This document shows positions 19,717 through 29,611 of a DNA stretch of 64,000 nucleotides, one piece after another. Numbering within the stretch: position 1 is the first letter of the stretch; each line of letters starts with the position of its first letter. The notes beneath the pieces were generated by a model. The model was given only the letters and a program-made list of their open reading frames with translations, did not search any database and was not told where the DNA came from. Position numbers and translations under genes: made by a program. Source of the stretch: Patescibacteria group bacterium (lineage in GTDB: Bacteria > Patescibacteriota > Microgenomatia > UBA8517); the NCBI GenBank assembly GCA_035291665.1, contig DATDRP010000001.1:66569-130568 (forward strand), written 5' to 3'.

Positions 19717-21442
19717 ATATTCATTCCTTGAAGACGCTTTGGAAACTTTCGCTACTTTCATAAGCGGCACTTGGGCGATTCTTCTAATTGTTACAACCTT
19801 TTTATTTATTTTAAAAATTCCCATGAGTATATTGAATATCATTTTTTCCATATCCGCTTCTTTGGTTTTTGTATCATGGTATGCAATTTCTAATTTTAAA
19901 AACTCATTTTGGATTTTACTTATAACATTATTATTGTTCTGTTTGACTTTCATTCCGGCTATATTTTTTTCCGGAAAAATATATGATTTATCTTACGATG
20001 GCCAGGCATATCATCAGGAGGCAATAGTCCAGCTCACTCATGGTTGGAATCCTGTCTATAAAACTCTTGAACACGAAGCTACTGCCAATTTAGAAAGGTG
20101 GCTAAATCATTACCCAAAAGCTGTTTGGATTTTGTCAACTGGAATATATGAATTAACGGGTAATATCGAGAGCGGAAAAGCTCCGTCTATGTTTATTGGA
20201 ATTCTGGCGGTAGCGTATATATTGTGGGCTTTATGGAAGGTCCAAATCCCCCTCTTTTTCAAGATCCTCGGAAGCATAGTCTTATCTATTAATCCTGTAT
20301 TTATATATCAGTCCTTAAGCTTCTATCTTGACGGTATAATGGTAAGCCTTCTTCTTTCACTAATTGCCATTTGTTTTAAAATTCTGACGGAAAATAAGAA
20401 AAGATATATTTATCCGTTCTTAAGTGTTTTTATCGTTCTGCTAAACATTAAGCTTTCGGCACCCGTATTTGCATTCATAATAGTCGGCGGTTTTATCAGT
20501 TACCTTTGGCTTAATAATCGTCCGTTCCCGGCACTCAGGTTGGTGAAATATTTATTCATAGGCAGTTTAATAGGTTTGGTTATGGTGGGGTACAACCCCT
20601 ATATCACTAATTTTGCCAGATACGGACATCCTTTATATCCGGCAATGGGAAAAAACGCGTATGATTATGTGCCCATGAACACGCCGGAAAACTATTGGAA
20701 AATACCTCCGGTTGCAAGACTCTTTTCATCCATATTTTCTGTTTCTTCATTAGCAAGAGGTCAGGGACAATTTGCGAAATTTAAGATTCCGTTTACATTT
20801 ACTTCCGAAGAACTTGACGCTTTCCATGAAACAAATGCCAAAACGGGTGGATTCGGTCCTGAATTCGGAGGAATATTTGCATTTACAATTACGGCCGTAT
20901 TGATTTATTTTGTTTTTGATTGGGGTAAACATTCCAGTATCAAAGTAAAAGAACCGGAATTTAATAGAGTTTTGTTTTCATCAAAAAAAGTTACGAGCGA
21001 GAAAATCGGGTTATTGTTTATTATACTTGCGATTATCGGAAGCGCATCTTTGGTTGATACTTCATCTGTTGCCAGGTTTGTTCCGTATGTGTGGTGGTTT
21101 CCGGGAATTGCGGCTTTGTTCTTGGCATCGAGAAGAAATATTTATGGTGTTTCTTCAGGGTTTTTGATATTGTTTTTATCAATCTTTAACCTGACTTTAA
21201 TTGCATCTTCTTATTTCCCTTACAACATTAGTGGAAGCGAAAAATTGAAAAAGCAACTCGAAACAATTCACCAAAAACAAAGTAGTCTTCCGATGAAAAT
21301 TGATTTTGCGCAATTCGGTTCAACGAAACTAAAATTGGCTAATTACCAAATAAGATACGAGGAAGTTTATAGCTTTACAAGCTGTACAAAGAGGAAGAGG
21401 ATTCTTATGTATAACATTTCGGAATTATGCGAGACCCCATAG
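19694..21442 (+). CDS. Polytopic membrane protein, possible GT-C fold glycosyltransferase
   Basis: Many TM segments; early extracytoplasmic YDLSYDGQAYH loop and HYPK motif. Confidence 0.6.
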   Translation: MNKRLKNKYSFLEDALETFATFISGTWAILLIVTTFLFILKIPMSILNIIFSISASLVFVSWYAISNFKNSFWILLITLLLFCLTFIPAIFFSGKIYDLSYDGQAYHQEAIVQLTHGWNPVYKTLEHEATANLERWLNHYPKAVWILSTGIYELTGNIESGKAPSMFIGILAVAYILWALWKVQIPLFFKILGSIVLSINPVFIYQSLSFYLDGIMVSLLLSLIAICFKILTENKKRYIYPFLSVFIVLLNIKLSAPVFAFIIVGGFISYLWLNNRPFPALRLVKYLFIGSLIGLVMVGYNPYITNFARYGHPLYPAMGKNAYDYVPMNTPENYWKIPPVARLFSSIFSVSSLARGQGQFAKFKIPFTFTSEELDAFHETNAKTGGFGPEFGGIFAFTITAVLIYFVFDWGKHSSIKVKEPEFNRVLFSSKKVTSEKIGLLFIILAIIGSASLVDTSSVARFVPYVWWFPGIAALFLASRRNIYGVSSGFLILFLSIFNLTLIASSYFPYNISGSEKLKKQLETIHQKQSSLPMKIDFAQFGSTKLKLANYQIRYEEVYSFTSCTKRKRILMYNISELCETP

Positions 21443-21468
21443 CGATTGAAAGAAATTGAGCTATAATA

Positions 21469-22512
21469 TCACTTGGTTTTCATGAATGTCTCCAGGTCGT
21501 GAATGCTTATGCCTGCAAAGCTTGGATTTGATTTTGCTCCTTCTATGATTTTCAAAAACGCTTTTTTTATGTCAACTCTTGATTCCCCGAAATGCGTAAT
21601 TTTCGTGTCTTTATTTTCCACCAGCTCTTGAGCAATGATGATTTTAACCGGTGTATTGTTAGCCGCCTGGAGTTCGCTTCCTGATATCTCTAAAACACCC
21701 TTATCGCCCTCAATGATATTGCGGTAGGCCATAATAACAAGGTATGGATGCTGGGCTACTGAAAGATCGGTTACTAAATTCTTTATAATAGGTTTTGATA
21801 AATATTCATTGACTTCGTCAAACCAGAAGGGGATAACAAATCCCAGCTGGACATTATCCTGATATTGATCGTTGAGGTTTTTAACTCGCTTAGCCATGTC
21901 GGACACCAATTGAAGGTAGCTTTGTACATACTCTTCCTGACTTCCAAAAAAACGTGAATCTTCATAAAACTCAATATCAAACTGGATACCGTCAAGCTTG
22001 TCATTTGGATGTTTTTGGTTGAACTCAAAAACGTGATCCACAACTATCGGCGGTATATATGAATGAGAATCATAACTATATGCTGTGAAACCTGATAATG
22101 CCTGGACAGAGATATTTTCCTTTTTTGCCTTTTGGACAACTCCCTGGAGTGAATTTTCATATTTATTCATTTTCTCAATTTTTTCAGCGCTTTCCGGCAG
22201 TTCATAGATATCGACATAGTTGTCGATATAAACATATAAAGTATTAATGTCTTCTTTTTTTGCAAATTTGATCATGTTATCAAAGTCTTTCAGAATATCT
22301 TCCGGATATTTCCAGATCCACGCGGCGATGACATAATTATTTTTTTGATCATCCAACAATTTTTCCGATTCACCCCCGTTGATATCAGGGATTACGGCTG
22401 AAAGCTGAGTTTTTTGATTTGGTCTGACAAAGTAGCTTGAAATAATTGAAAACACGATAACCAAAACCGTTATAACTCCCAGCGCAATAATTATTTTTTG
22501 AAATCTTTGCAT
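21469..22512 (-). CDS. Membrane-anchored glycoside hydrolase-like (TIM barrel) protein
   Basis: N-terminal TM; AWIW, DGIQFDIEFY, IPFWF, IMAYR, GISIHD resemble barrel strands of polysaccharide hydrolases. Confidence 0.55.
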   Translation of the reverse strand: MQRFQKIIIALGVITVLVIVFSIISSYFVRPNQKTQLSAVIPDINGGESEKLLDDQKNNYVIAAWIWKYPEDILKDFDNMIKFAKKEDINTLYVYIDNYVDIYELPESAEKIEKMNKYENSLQGVVQKAKKENISVQALSGFTAYSYDSHSYIPPIVVDHVFEFNQKHPNDKLDGIQFDIEFYEDSRFFGSQEEYVQSYLQLVSDMAKRVKNLNDQYQDNVQLGFVIPFWFDEVNEYLSKPIIKNLVTDLSVAQHPYLVIMAYRNIIEGDKGVLEISGSELQAANNTPVKIIIAQELVENKDTKITHFGESRVDIKKAFLKIIEGAKSNPSFAGISIHDLETFMKTK

Positions 22513-22553
22513 ATCTTTAAGCTTTAATTATAACCTATTAATCAAGATCGTTT

Positions 22554-22573
22554 TTCTTACATAGTTCTTACAT
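22554..22573. promoter_or_regulatory. Tandem 9-bp direct repeat with 11-bp period, candidate OmpR-family binding site
   Basis: TTCTTACAT-ag-TTCTTACAT in the divergent intergenic region. Confidence 0.45.
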
Positions 22574-22651
22574 TTTATTGGTGATAATACTTAGTTTCTT
22601 CAAGAATAATAATTAAGAAGGAATAAAAAGTAATCACAAATATCCGCATTT

Positions 22652-23965
22652 ATGGGAAAACAAAACTTCAAAAGAAAAAAGATAAATTTAAAGAACGAAA
22701 AACACATAGCGGTTGTCGGGCTCGGGTATGTTGGTTTACCACTTGCAGTACTAGCGGTAGATATGGGTTATAAAGTAACAGGAATTGATGTCGATCAGGC
22801 GAAATTAAATTTAATAAAAAAAGGCTTCAGTCCATTCAAAGACGATGAATTGGAAGCAAAAATAAGAAAGCTGAAGTTTGAATTAACGTCCGATTTTGCA
22901 AAAATAAAGAATGCTTCAATAATCATTATTTGCGTACCAACGCCTGTATATGAAAATAGACTACCGAATTATGAACCGTTAAAAAGTGCTTGTACAAGCA
23001 TCGCAGCACACCTTCGTAAAGGACAATTAGTAATTTTGGAGTCAACCGTAAATCCCGGAGTTTGTGAAGAAATAGTTATACCGATTGTAGAGGAAGTATC
23101 CCACCTTGCTGCAGGAGAATTTATGTTAGCACATGTTCCCGAAAGGATCAATCCAGGGGACAAAAATTGGAATGTGTCAAATATCCCAAGGGTAGTCGGA
23201 GGATATGATGCAAAAAGTACACAAACAGCACTTACTTTTTATCGTTCGATTCTCTCCGCACCTTTGAAAAAAATGGGTAATCTTAAGGAAGCGGAAGCGG
23301 TAAAAGTTGTTGAAAATTCATTCCGAAATGTAAATATTGCTTTTGTTAATGAACTTGCCCAGTCTTTTTCCAAATTGGGAATCGATGTGGTTCATGTTAT
23401 TGACGGAGCTTCGACTAAGCCTTTTGCATTTATGCCTCATTATCCCGGATGCGGTGTTGGCGGACACTGTATCCCGGTTGATCCGTATTATCTCATCGAT
23501 TATGCAAAGAAAAATGGATATTCCCATAAATTTCTTTCCTTAGCCTGCAAGGTAAATGAAGAAATGCCGGAATATACAGTCGATTTATATCGACAGGAAA
23601 TTAAAAAATTAGGTAAAAACATGAGGGGTTCAAAAGCCGTGGTATTGGGTCTTTCTTATAAATCCGATATTGACGACACGCGTGAGAGCCCATCATTGAA
23701 TATAGTGAAGCTTCTTAAGAAATACGGAGTACACGTTAAAACATATGATCCTTATGTGCAAAACGGTAGCCATATAAAAAATTTGAACGATGCTATTGAA
23801 AACGTTGATGCGGTAATTGTTGCCACAAACCACAAGGAATTCTTGAACCTGGAAGCAAAAGAACTGATAAAAAACCATGTCGGTATTGTGATTGACGGAA
23901 GGAACTGTCTTGAGAAGGAAGATTTCATTAGAGAAGGGGTTCTATATCGGGGGATCGGAAGGTAA
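22652..23965 (+). CDS. Nucleotide-sugar dehydrogenase (UDP-GlcNAc/ManNAc 6-dehydrogenase family)
   Basis: GLGYVGLP, ICVPTP, ESTVNPG, PERINPG, ENSFRNVNIA, GVGGHCIPVDP, DTRESP. Confidence 0.93.
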   Translation: MGKQNFKRKKINLKNEKHIAVVGLGYVGLPLAVLAVDMGYKVTGIDVDQAKLNLIKKGFSPFKDDELEAKIRKLKFELTSDFAKIKNASIIIICVPTPVYENRLPNYEPLKSACTSIAAHLRKGQLVILESTVNPGVCEEIVIPIVEEVSHLAAGEFMLAHVPERINPGDKNWNVSNIPRVVGGYDAKSTQTALTFYRSILSAPLKKMGNLKEAEAVKVVENSFRNVNIAFVNELAQSFSKLGIDVVHVIDGASTKPFAFMPHYPGCGVGGHCIPVDPYYLIDYAKKNGYSHKFLSLACKVNEEMPEYTVDLYRQEIKKLGKNMRGSKAVVLGLSYKSDIDDTRESPSLNIVKLLKKYGVHVKTYDPYVQNGSHIKNLNDAIENVDAVIVATNHKEFLNLEAKELIKNHVGIVIDGRNCLEKEDFIREGVLYRGIGR

Positions 23966-24122
23966 AAATCGTGGGTTTTTTGAGACGCACTCATTTTTAT
24001 GCAATAAAACTCACATTAAGAATGTGATTTAGAAGACAGAATTAAATCAATAATTTTTGTTTATATTAAATGGTAAATATCATAAAAGATTATTTAAAAA
24101 GGAAAGGAGGTGATATAAATAT

Positions 24123-25760
24123 ATGAAATTTAACAAACTTTCCAAGATATTTTTAGTTTTAAGCTTTTTTGTTTTTATGGTGTTTTCGGTAAGACCGGCA
24201 AGTGCTGATAATGACCCTGCCGGTTGTACTCTAAATTCTGCCGGGGTTGCAATCGGTGTTTTTAGAGCAGACGGCGTTACTCCTGTTGTTGGAACAGTTC
24301 AATCAGGAGAAACAATCAGATATCAATCCACACTTTTCAATGGACCAGCACCTACGTTTTGTAACTTTTCCGGAGGAACACTTGTGATCACAACTCCTGA
24401 CGGAGCTGTGCATGATGTGACCCCGGGTGGAGGAATTCCATTGGTTACAGACGGCGGTCCATTCCTCTCAGCCTTGGTGAATTATGCTGTAAGTGAGGGA
24501 GATGTCAGTGGTGGTTCACTACAAGCGACAACACAGTATACGAATGGCGAGTCGCATTTGGGTGAAAGTCATCAGCAAGCAAATGCAGGTCCCAACGGGA
24601 TAGCTGTAGCTTATGAAGATGTTAACGTTGAAGTAGAAAAAGATGCTAATCCATCTTTTGACAGCGAATGTACTTGGACCATCGACAAATCAGTTGATGT
24701 TGTCCAGCACGATTTGACAACCGGAGATAGCGGAACTTCAAATTATGATGTTCTAGTGTCTTCCGATTGTACGGATACTAATTTTGCTGCTACCGGAACG
24801 ATAACTGTACATAATCCGGCATTGTTTGCGGATGCAATTGTTGCGAGCCTCGATGATGATGTAAGCGGGGTTGTCGCGACAGTTGATTGTACGGGAGATC
24901 CTTCATTTGTGGGGTTTCCTCATACATTGGCACCGGGTGAGACATTAACATGTACTTATTCGGCGTCTCTACCTGATGGCGATCCGAGAACTAATACAGC
25001 CACAGCTACAACTAGTGGCGATGTCGGTGGTGGAGAAGGTACGGCACAAGTTGATTTCACCGGAGTTGATCCGACTGATACGACTCTTGCCGATGTAACT
25101 GTCGAAGACACATTTGCCGGTGCGCTGGGTGGTTGTAACGCATTCGATGAGGATGGCTCTTGCTTATTTGAATATGCAAGAACATTCACCTGTGATCAGG
25201 ATGCGGGACAACATGATAACACAGCGACTATTGTTGAAACTGGCCAATCGGATAGTGAGTCAGTAGTAGTTACGTGTACACCGCCAGTTTTGGGTTGTAC
25301 ATTAACTCAAGGGTATTGGAAAACACATTCCGATCAAGGACCAGCCCCATACGATTCTGAAGGTTGGGGAGGGTTAGGAGATTTTGATGGCGATACAGTA
25401 AATGAGGAAGAGGCTGAAGCCTTCTACTCAAGCGGTAAATCTTGGCTGCAGGTGTTTAACACCGCACCCAAGGGAAACGCGTATTACATTCTTGCCCATC
25501 AATATATGGCAGCGGTTTTGAATGCAGCAACCGGCGCAAATGTACCGTCTGAGGTACAGGACGCTATGGATGATGCAGCCGCATTATTTGGTACATATAC
25601 TCCGGCACAAGTTGCAGCCATGAAGGGTAATAATCCCGTCAGGCAACAATTTGTAAATCTGGCAGGAGTTTTGGGTGATTATAATGAAGGAACTATCGGT
25701 CCAGGACACTGTACTGATGGAAATTCTTCTACACCAACGCCGCCAGGCGGTGAGGTGTAG
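24123..25760 (+). CDS. Secreted acidic, Cys-containing beta-rich surface protein
   Basis: Strong SD AAGGAGGTGA; signal peptide ending ASA; TNTATAT/DNTATIV repeats; C-terminal GCTLTQGYWKTH domain. Confidence 0.8.
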   Translation: MKFNKLSKIFLVLSFFVFMVFSVRPASADNDPAGCTLNSAGVAIGVFRADGVTPVVGTVQSGETIRYQSTLFNGPAPTFCNFSGGTLVITTPDGAVHDVTPGGGIPLVTDGGPFLSALVNYAVSEGDVSGGSLQATTQYTNGESHLGESHQQANAGPNGIAVAYEDVNVEVEKDANPSFDSECTWTIDKSVDVVQHDLTTGDSGTSNYDVLVSSDCTDTNFAATGTITVHNPALFADAIVASLDDDVSGVVATVDCTGDPSFVGFPHTLAPGETLTCTYSASLPDGDPRTNTATATTSGDVGGGEGTAQVDFTGVDPTDTTLADVTVEDTFAGALGGCNAFDEDGSCLFEYARTFTCDQDAGQHDNTATIVETGQSDSESVVVTCTPPVLGCTLTQGYWKTHSDQGPAPYDSEGWGGLGDFDGDTVNEEEAEAFYSSGKSWLQVFNTAPKGNAYYILAHQYMAAVLNAATGANVPSEVQDAMDDAAALFGTYTPAQVAAMKGNNPVRQQFVNLAGVLGDYNEGTIGPGHCTDGNSSTPTPPGGEV

Positions 25761-25795
25761 TTTGTACTATTTGTAGTCACAATAACTTACGATTT

Positions 25796-25821
25796 GGGGG
25801 AGATCAAAAATCTCCCCCTTT
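25796..25821 (+). terminator. Intrinsic terminator
   Basis: GGGGGAGAT-caaaa-ATCTCCCCC followed by TTT, just after the stop at 25760. Confidence 0.8.
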
Positions 25822-25886
25822 ATCGTGTCTGAAATAAGAAAATACAAAAGTTTTAAGTTTTTGAAGGTTTATTAATTTGAAATATT

Positions 25887-26651
25887 TCAGATTGTTTTAA
25901 CAAAACCAATTGCTTTCCCTTTTTGAGTATAAAGTTTCCGATCAGAATCTAATGCAAACGTTCCGGTTGGGTTGGGATTGTTCCAGACAAGGATACGCTT
26001 TTCGGAATCTCCGAGACCGCTGTTTAAAGCCTCAGCAGTTTTACCTGTTAGCGCAATAATATCAGGAACTTGACCCGCTACAGATTGAATATTGGAACTA
26101 TCGGGGGAGGAAGTTGTGTTACCCGGCGTATCAATCCGTAGTGCAACATTTACTCCGTCAAGATAGACAACTCCCTCTAAAGTATTGTCGAAAGGTAGAG
26201 CTAACATTTTGGAGTTATCAATACTCCGTTTTCCCAGAAAAAACTCCATTTTCATTCGCTTATCATTAACAGTTAAAAAGTATCCGTTTTTACTGTCAAG
26301 TAAAATGTAGTGGGGTCCGCTAGTCGTTCTGTTAAGTTTATCAAGAGCGGCCGTGATGGCATCTTTACCGATTGAATCAATTCCGCCTGCGATCATTAAG
26401 CGCGCGTTTACACCTGCTCTGGTTGAATTCGTATCCGGAAAATGATTGACCTCCAGATCAACATAAGCTTTTGCCACCCTGTCGCCAACGTTGGACTGGG
26501 CAAAGACCAATTGTCCGGAAACATTTGAATTTTCACCTTTTTGATTCTCAACTGCCTGGTGGAGATTGGTAAGCGCGGTTTCAGCGCTTTTCGAACCGAG
26601 TTCGGGAGGAAGAATTGAAACCACCTCTGCATCTTTATTTTCGTCAGCCAT
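25887..26651 (-). CDS. Hypothetical protein
   Basis: Long ORF (MADENKD...), no recognised motif. Confidence 0.65.
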   Translation of the reverse strand: MADENKDAEVVSILPPELGSKSAETALTNLHQAVENQKGENSNVSGQLVFAQSNVGDRVAKAYVDLEVNHFPDTNSTRAGVNARLMIAGGIDSIGKDAITAALDKLNRTTSGPHYILLDSKNGYFLTVNDKRMKMEFFLGKRSIDNSKMLALPFDNTLEGVVYLDGVNVALRIDTPGNTTSSPDSSNIQSVAGQVPDIIALTGKTAEALNSGLGDSEKRILVWNNPNPTGTFALDSDRKLYTQKGKAIGFVKTI

Positions 26652-26819
26652 AAATCGATTATAACAGTTTTCAGGAAAACCCAACTCAGATGGAATGTCG
26701 CCGACTCAGATCTCCGGTTCTTGAGTACCTTTGGTTCGGGGAAGAGTTATCTGATTCAGGGGGGATGTCATAAACATTTCAACAGAAAATAGTATAATTG
26801 GTTGTAAATTAAGATCTGT

Positions 26820-27560
26820 ATGGATATTAAGAACAAAGTTGTACTTATTACGGGTTCTTCAAGCGGTATTGGTAAAGCAACTGCAATTCGTTTTGCTGAG
26901 GAAGGTGCAAAAATTGTAATTAATTACCACATAAACGAAAAGGGTGGTAAAGAAACTCTCAATGAAATAAAGAAAATAACTCCTGATGTAGTTTTAGTTA
27001 AAGCCGATGTTTCAAAAACCGAAGACGTAGATAATCTTTTTAAGGAAACAATAGACAAATTCGGAACTATTGATATTTTGATAAATAATGCGGGGATTGG
27101 TACAGATAAAGTTCCTTTTATGGAAGCAAAACACGAGGATTTGTCTGAAATGATTAATACTAATTTAGTAGGTCCGATGATTTGCTCACAAAAGGCGATA
27201 AAAATTATGGAGAAGCAAGGATTCGGAAAGATATTAAATACGACTTCTATTAGAGGATCGGAACACGGTGGCAGAGCGCCGGTTTATGCGGCTACTAAGG
27301 CAGCGTTAAATAGTTTTACAAAGACTCTTTCAAAACAGGTGGCTCCACACATTCAGGTAAACGCAGTAGCACCAGGATTTGTTAAGACTAGATCTTATGA
27401 CAATATGACCCAGGAAATGGTTGACGGTTTTATAAATCAAACCTATCTTAAAAGATGGGTGACGGTAGATGAGATTGCAGATGCGTTTGTATTTTTAGTT
27501 AAGAATGATGCCATGACTGGGCAAGTTATATATGTTGATGCTGGTTTTACACTTAAATAG
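26820..27560 (+). CDS. SDR family oxidoreductase (FabG-like)
   Basis: TGSSSGIG, NNAG, YAATK, VNAVAPG. Confidence 0.93.
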   Translation: MDIKNKVVLITGSSSGIGKATAIRFAEEGAKIVINYHINEKGGKETLNEIKKITPDVVLVKADVSKTEDVDNLFKETIDKFGTIDILINNAGIGTDKVPFMEAKHEDLSEMINTNLVGPMICSQKAIKIMEKQGFGKILNTTSIRGSEHGGRAPVYAATKAALNSFTKTLSKQVAPHIQVNAVAPGFVKTRSYDNMTQEMVDGFINQTYLKRWVTVDEIADAFVFLVKNDAMTGQVIYVDAGFTLK

Positions 27561-27567
27561 ATAATAA

Positions 27568-28512
27568 ATGAAAATTGCAGTATTTTGTCCAAAATCGGAA
27601 TTTTCGGAAGAGAATCAAAAAAGATTAGCTTCTTTGGGTGAAGTTGTTTACACAGATACCAGAAAAGAACTTAAATTGAGTGATTTAAAGGCACTTGCGT
27701 CAAATGCTGATATTATTGCGATAGATCCCGATAACTTCGGTGGTTTTGAGAAAGCAAAAGATGTTGTTACAAAGTTAGTGGAAACGCTTCCCAAATTAAA
27801 AGGCGTTGCATTATCAACAACCTCATATGGGTGGGTGGATTTAGATTATTTCAAGAAGAGAAACATTCTGGTTTCAAATGTCCCCGGGTATTCCAGAGAA
27901 TCAGTTGCAGAACATGCAATAGCGCTTCTTTTATGTCTCGCGAAAAGAATTATAGTAACAGACAGAAAGATTCAAAAGGGACAGTATAAATTGGAAAGGG
28001 GATTTGAGCTTAAGGGGAAAACCTTAGGAATAATTGGACTTGGGAATATCGGCAGCCGAGTCGCAGAGATGGCACTTGGAATCGGAATGAAAGTAATTTC
28101 TTACAATCCTTCTCCCAGAAACCAGAAAGGGGTAGAGATGAAATCATTAGATGGATTATTTAAAGAATCCGATGCAATATCCCTACATACCAGAGATTAT
28201 GAAGGGGTTAAAGGTTTGATTAATAAAGAGGCCATCGAAAAGATGAAAAATGGTGTGGTTATCGTAAACACTGTCGATAGGACCTTGGTTAATGAAGAAG
28301 ATATGGCCAAAGCGATTAGAGACGGAAAAGTGTACGGATACGCTTACGAAGCAGAGGATTTGGAAAATATCCCTCTTGCAGGTGTGGAGGGAGCTGTTGG
28401 GATAAGGGGATTTGGTTGGTATACAAAAGAAGCTTTGGAAAACATGTTTAAAATCTGGGTTGATAATATTGAAGCTATTGTTAATGATGAATCTCAAAAT
28501 ATAGTAAATTAA
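27568..28512 (+). CDS. D-isomer-specific 2-hydroxyacid dehydrogenase family protein
   Basis: SNVPGY, SVAEHA, GKTLGIIGLGNIG, MKNGVVIVNT. Confidence 0.85.
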   Translation: MKIAVFCPKSEFSEENQKRLASLGEVVYTDTRKELKLSDLKALASNADIIAIDPDNFGGFEKAKDVVTKLVETLPKLKGVALSTTSYGWVDLDYFKKRNILVSNVPGYSRESVAEHAIALLLCLAKRIIVTDRKIQKGQYKLERGFELKGKTLGIIGLGNIGSRVAEMALGIGMKVISYNPSPRNQKGVEMKSLDGLFKESDAISLHTRDYEGVKGLINKEAIEKMKNGVVIVNTVDRTLVNEEDMAKAIRDGKVYGYAYEAEDLENIPLAGVEGAVGIRGFGWYTKEALENMFKIWVDNIEAIVNDESQNIVN

Positions 28513-28515
28513 AAG

Positions 28516-29565
28516 ATGAGAAAACCGCTTCACGAATTAAATATACACGACTTTTTCCATTACTCTAGGGGTAAAAATAATAATATTACTGATGTCTCAG
28601 GAATTAAGGTCGGACACTCAACAATTATTAAAGGTGAAAATGTCAGAACGGGTGTCACCACTGTTATTGCCGAAGGTGTCTTTGAAAATGATTTAGCCGC
28701 AGGTGGATTTGCTTTTAATGCAAATGGTGAATTCACCGGATTACAGTACGTTTTTGAAGAAGGAAAATTGTATTGTCCTATTTTTCTCACAAATACAATT
28801 TCTCTAAGCGATGTCTGCACATACGTAATAGATTATTACAAACCTAAATTGGCACTTCCCTTAATTGGTGAATGTTGGGACGGATGGTTAAACGATATTT
28901 GGGGTAGACATGTCAAAAAAGAGAATGTTATCGAAGCAATAGAATCTGCAAAATCCGGAAAAGTTGAACAGGGCTGTGTTGGTGCCGGAACGGGAATGAC
29001 TTCTTTTGGTTTTAAATCAGGAATAGGCACCTCTTCGCGAAAAGTAAAAGTGTTGGACAAAGAATATACGGTAGGTATTTTGGTAAATAATAATATGGGC
29101 CATGAGGATGGCAGGCATAAATACCTCAGGATTGCAGGTATAGATTATTCAAAATTATTTGGTATTTACGAAGAAGAAGAAAAAAACGATCCTGGTGTAA
29201 GAAAAAACAACTCTTCGATTATGATAATTGCGACTGACGCTCCATTGGATCACCGGCAACTTAATCGTTTGTCGAAACACGCAGTTTTCGGTTTTGCTCG
29301 AGCTGGTTTGGTTTCTTACACAGGAAGTGGCGATTTTGTACTTGCCTTTTCCACCGGGAATAGATTTCCTCGGAGGGATACGAAAGTTGAATATCAAGCG
29401 ACAAAGTTAGAGGAAACATTAATGGATGATATTTTTGAGGCTACGATCGAGGCTGTTGAGGAATCTTATCTTAACTCTCTATTAATGGCAGAAGATATGA
29501 AGGGAAGAGATGGCCACTTTATTAAAGGATTGCCTGTAGAGAAATTGCTTGAAAAAATAAGGTGA
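28516..29565 (+). CDS. Peptidase S58 (DmpA/BapA-like aminopeptidase)
   Basis: NNITDVSGIKVGH, TGVT, GECWDG, GAGTGM, GIGTSSR, IATDAPL, GSGD. Confidence 0.9.
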   Translation: MRKPLHELNIHDFFHYSRGKNNNITDVSGIKVGHSTIIKGENVRTGVTTVIAEGVFENDLAAGGFAFNANGEFTGLQYVFEEGKLYCPIFLTNTISLSDVCTYVIDYYKPKLALPLIGECWDGWLNDIWGRHVKKENVIEAIESAKSGKVEQGCVGAGTGMTSFGFKSGIGTSSRKVKVLDKEYTVGILVNNNMGHEDGRHKYLRIAGIDYSKLFGIYEEEEKNDPGVRKNNSSIMIIATDAPLDHRQLNRLSKHAVFGFARAGLVSYTGSGDFVLAFSTGNRFPRRDTKVEYQATKLEETLMDDIFEATIEAVEESYLNSLLMAEDMKGRDGHFIKGLPVEKLLEKIR

Positions 29566-29611
29566 ATGTTGACATGGAACAAACAGAGGAGATTGAGGTG
29601 AAAAAATAGAT

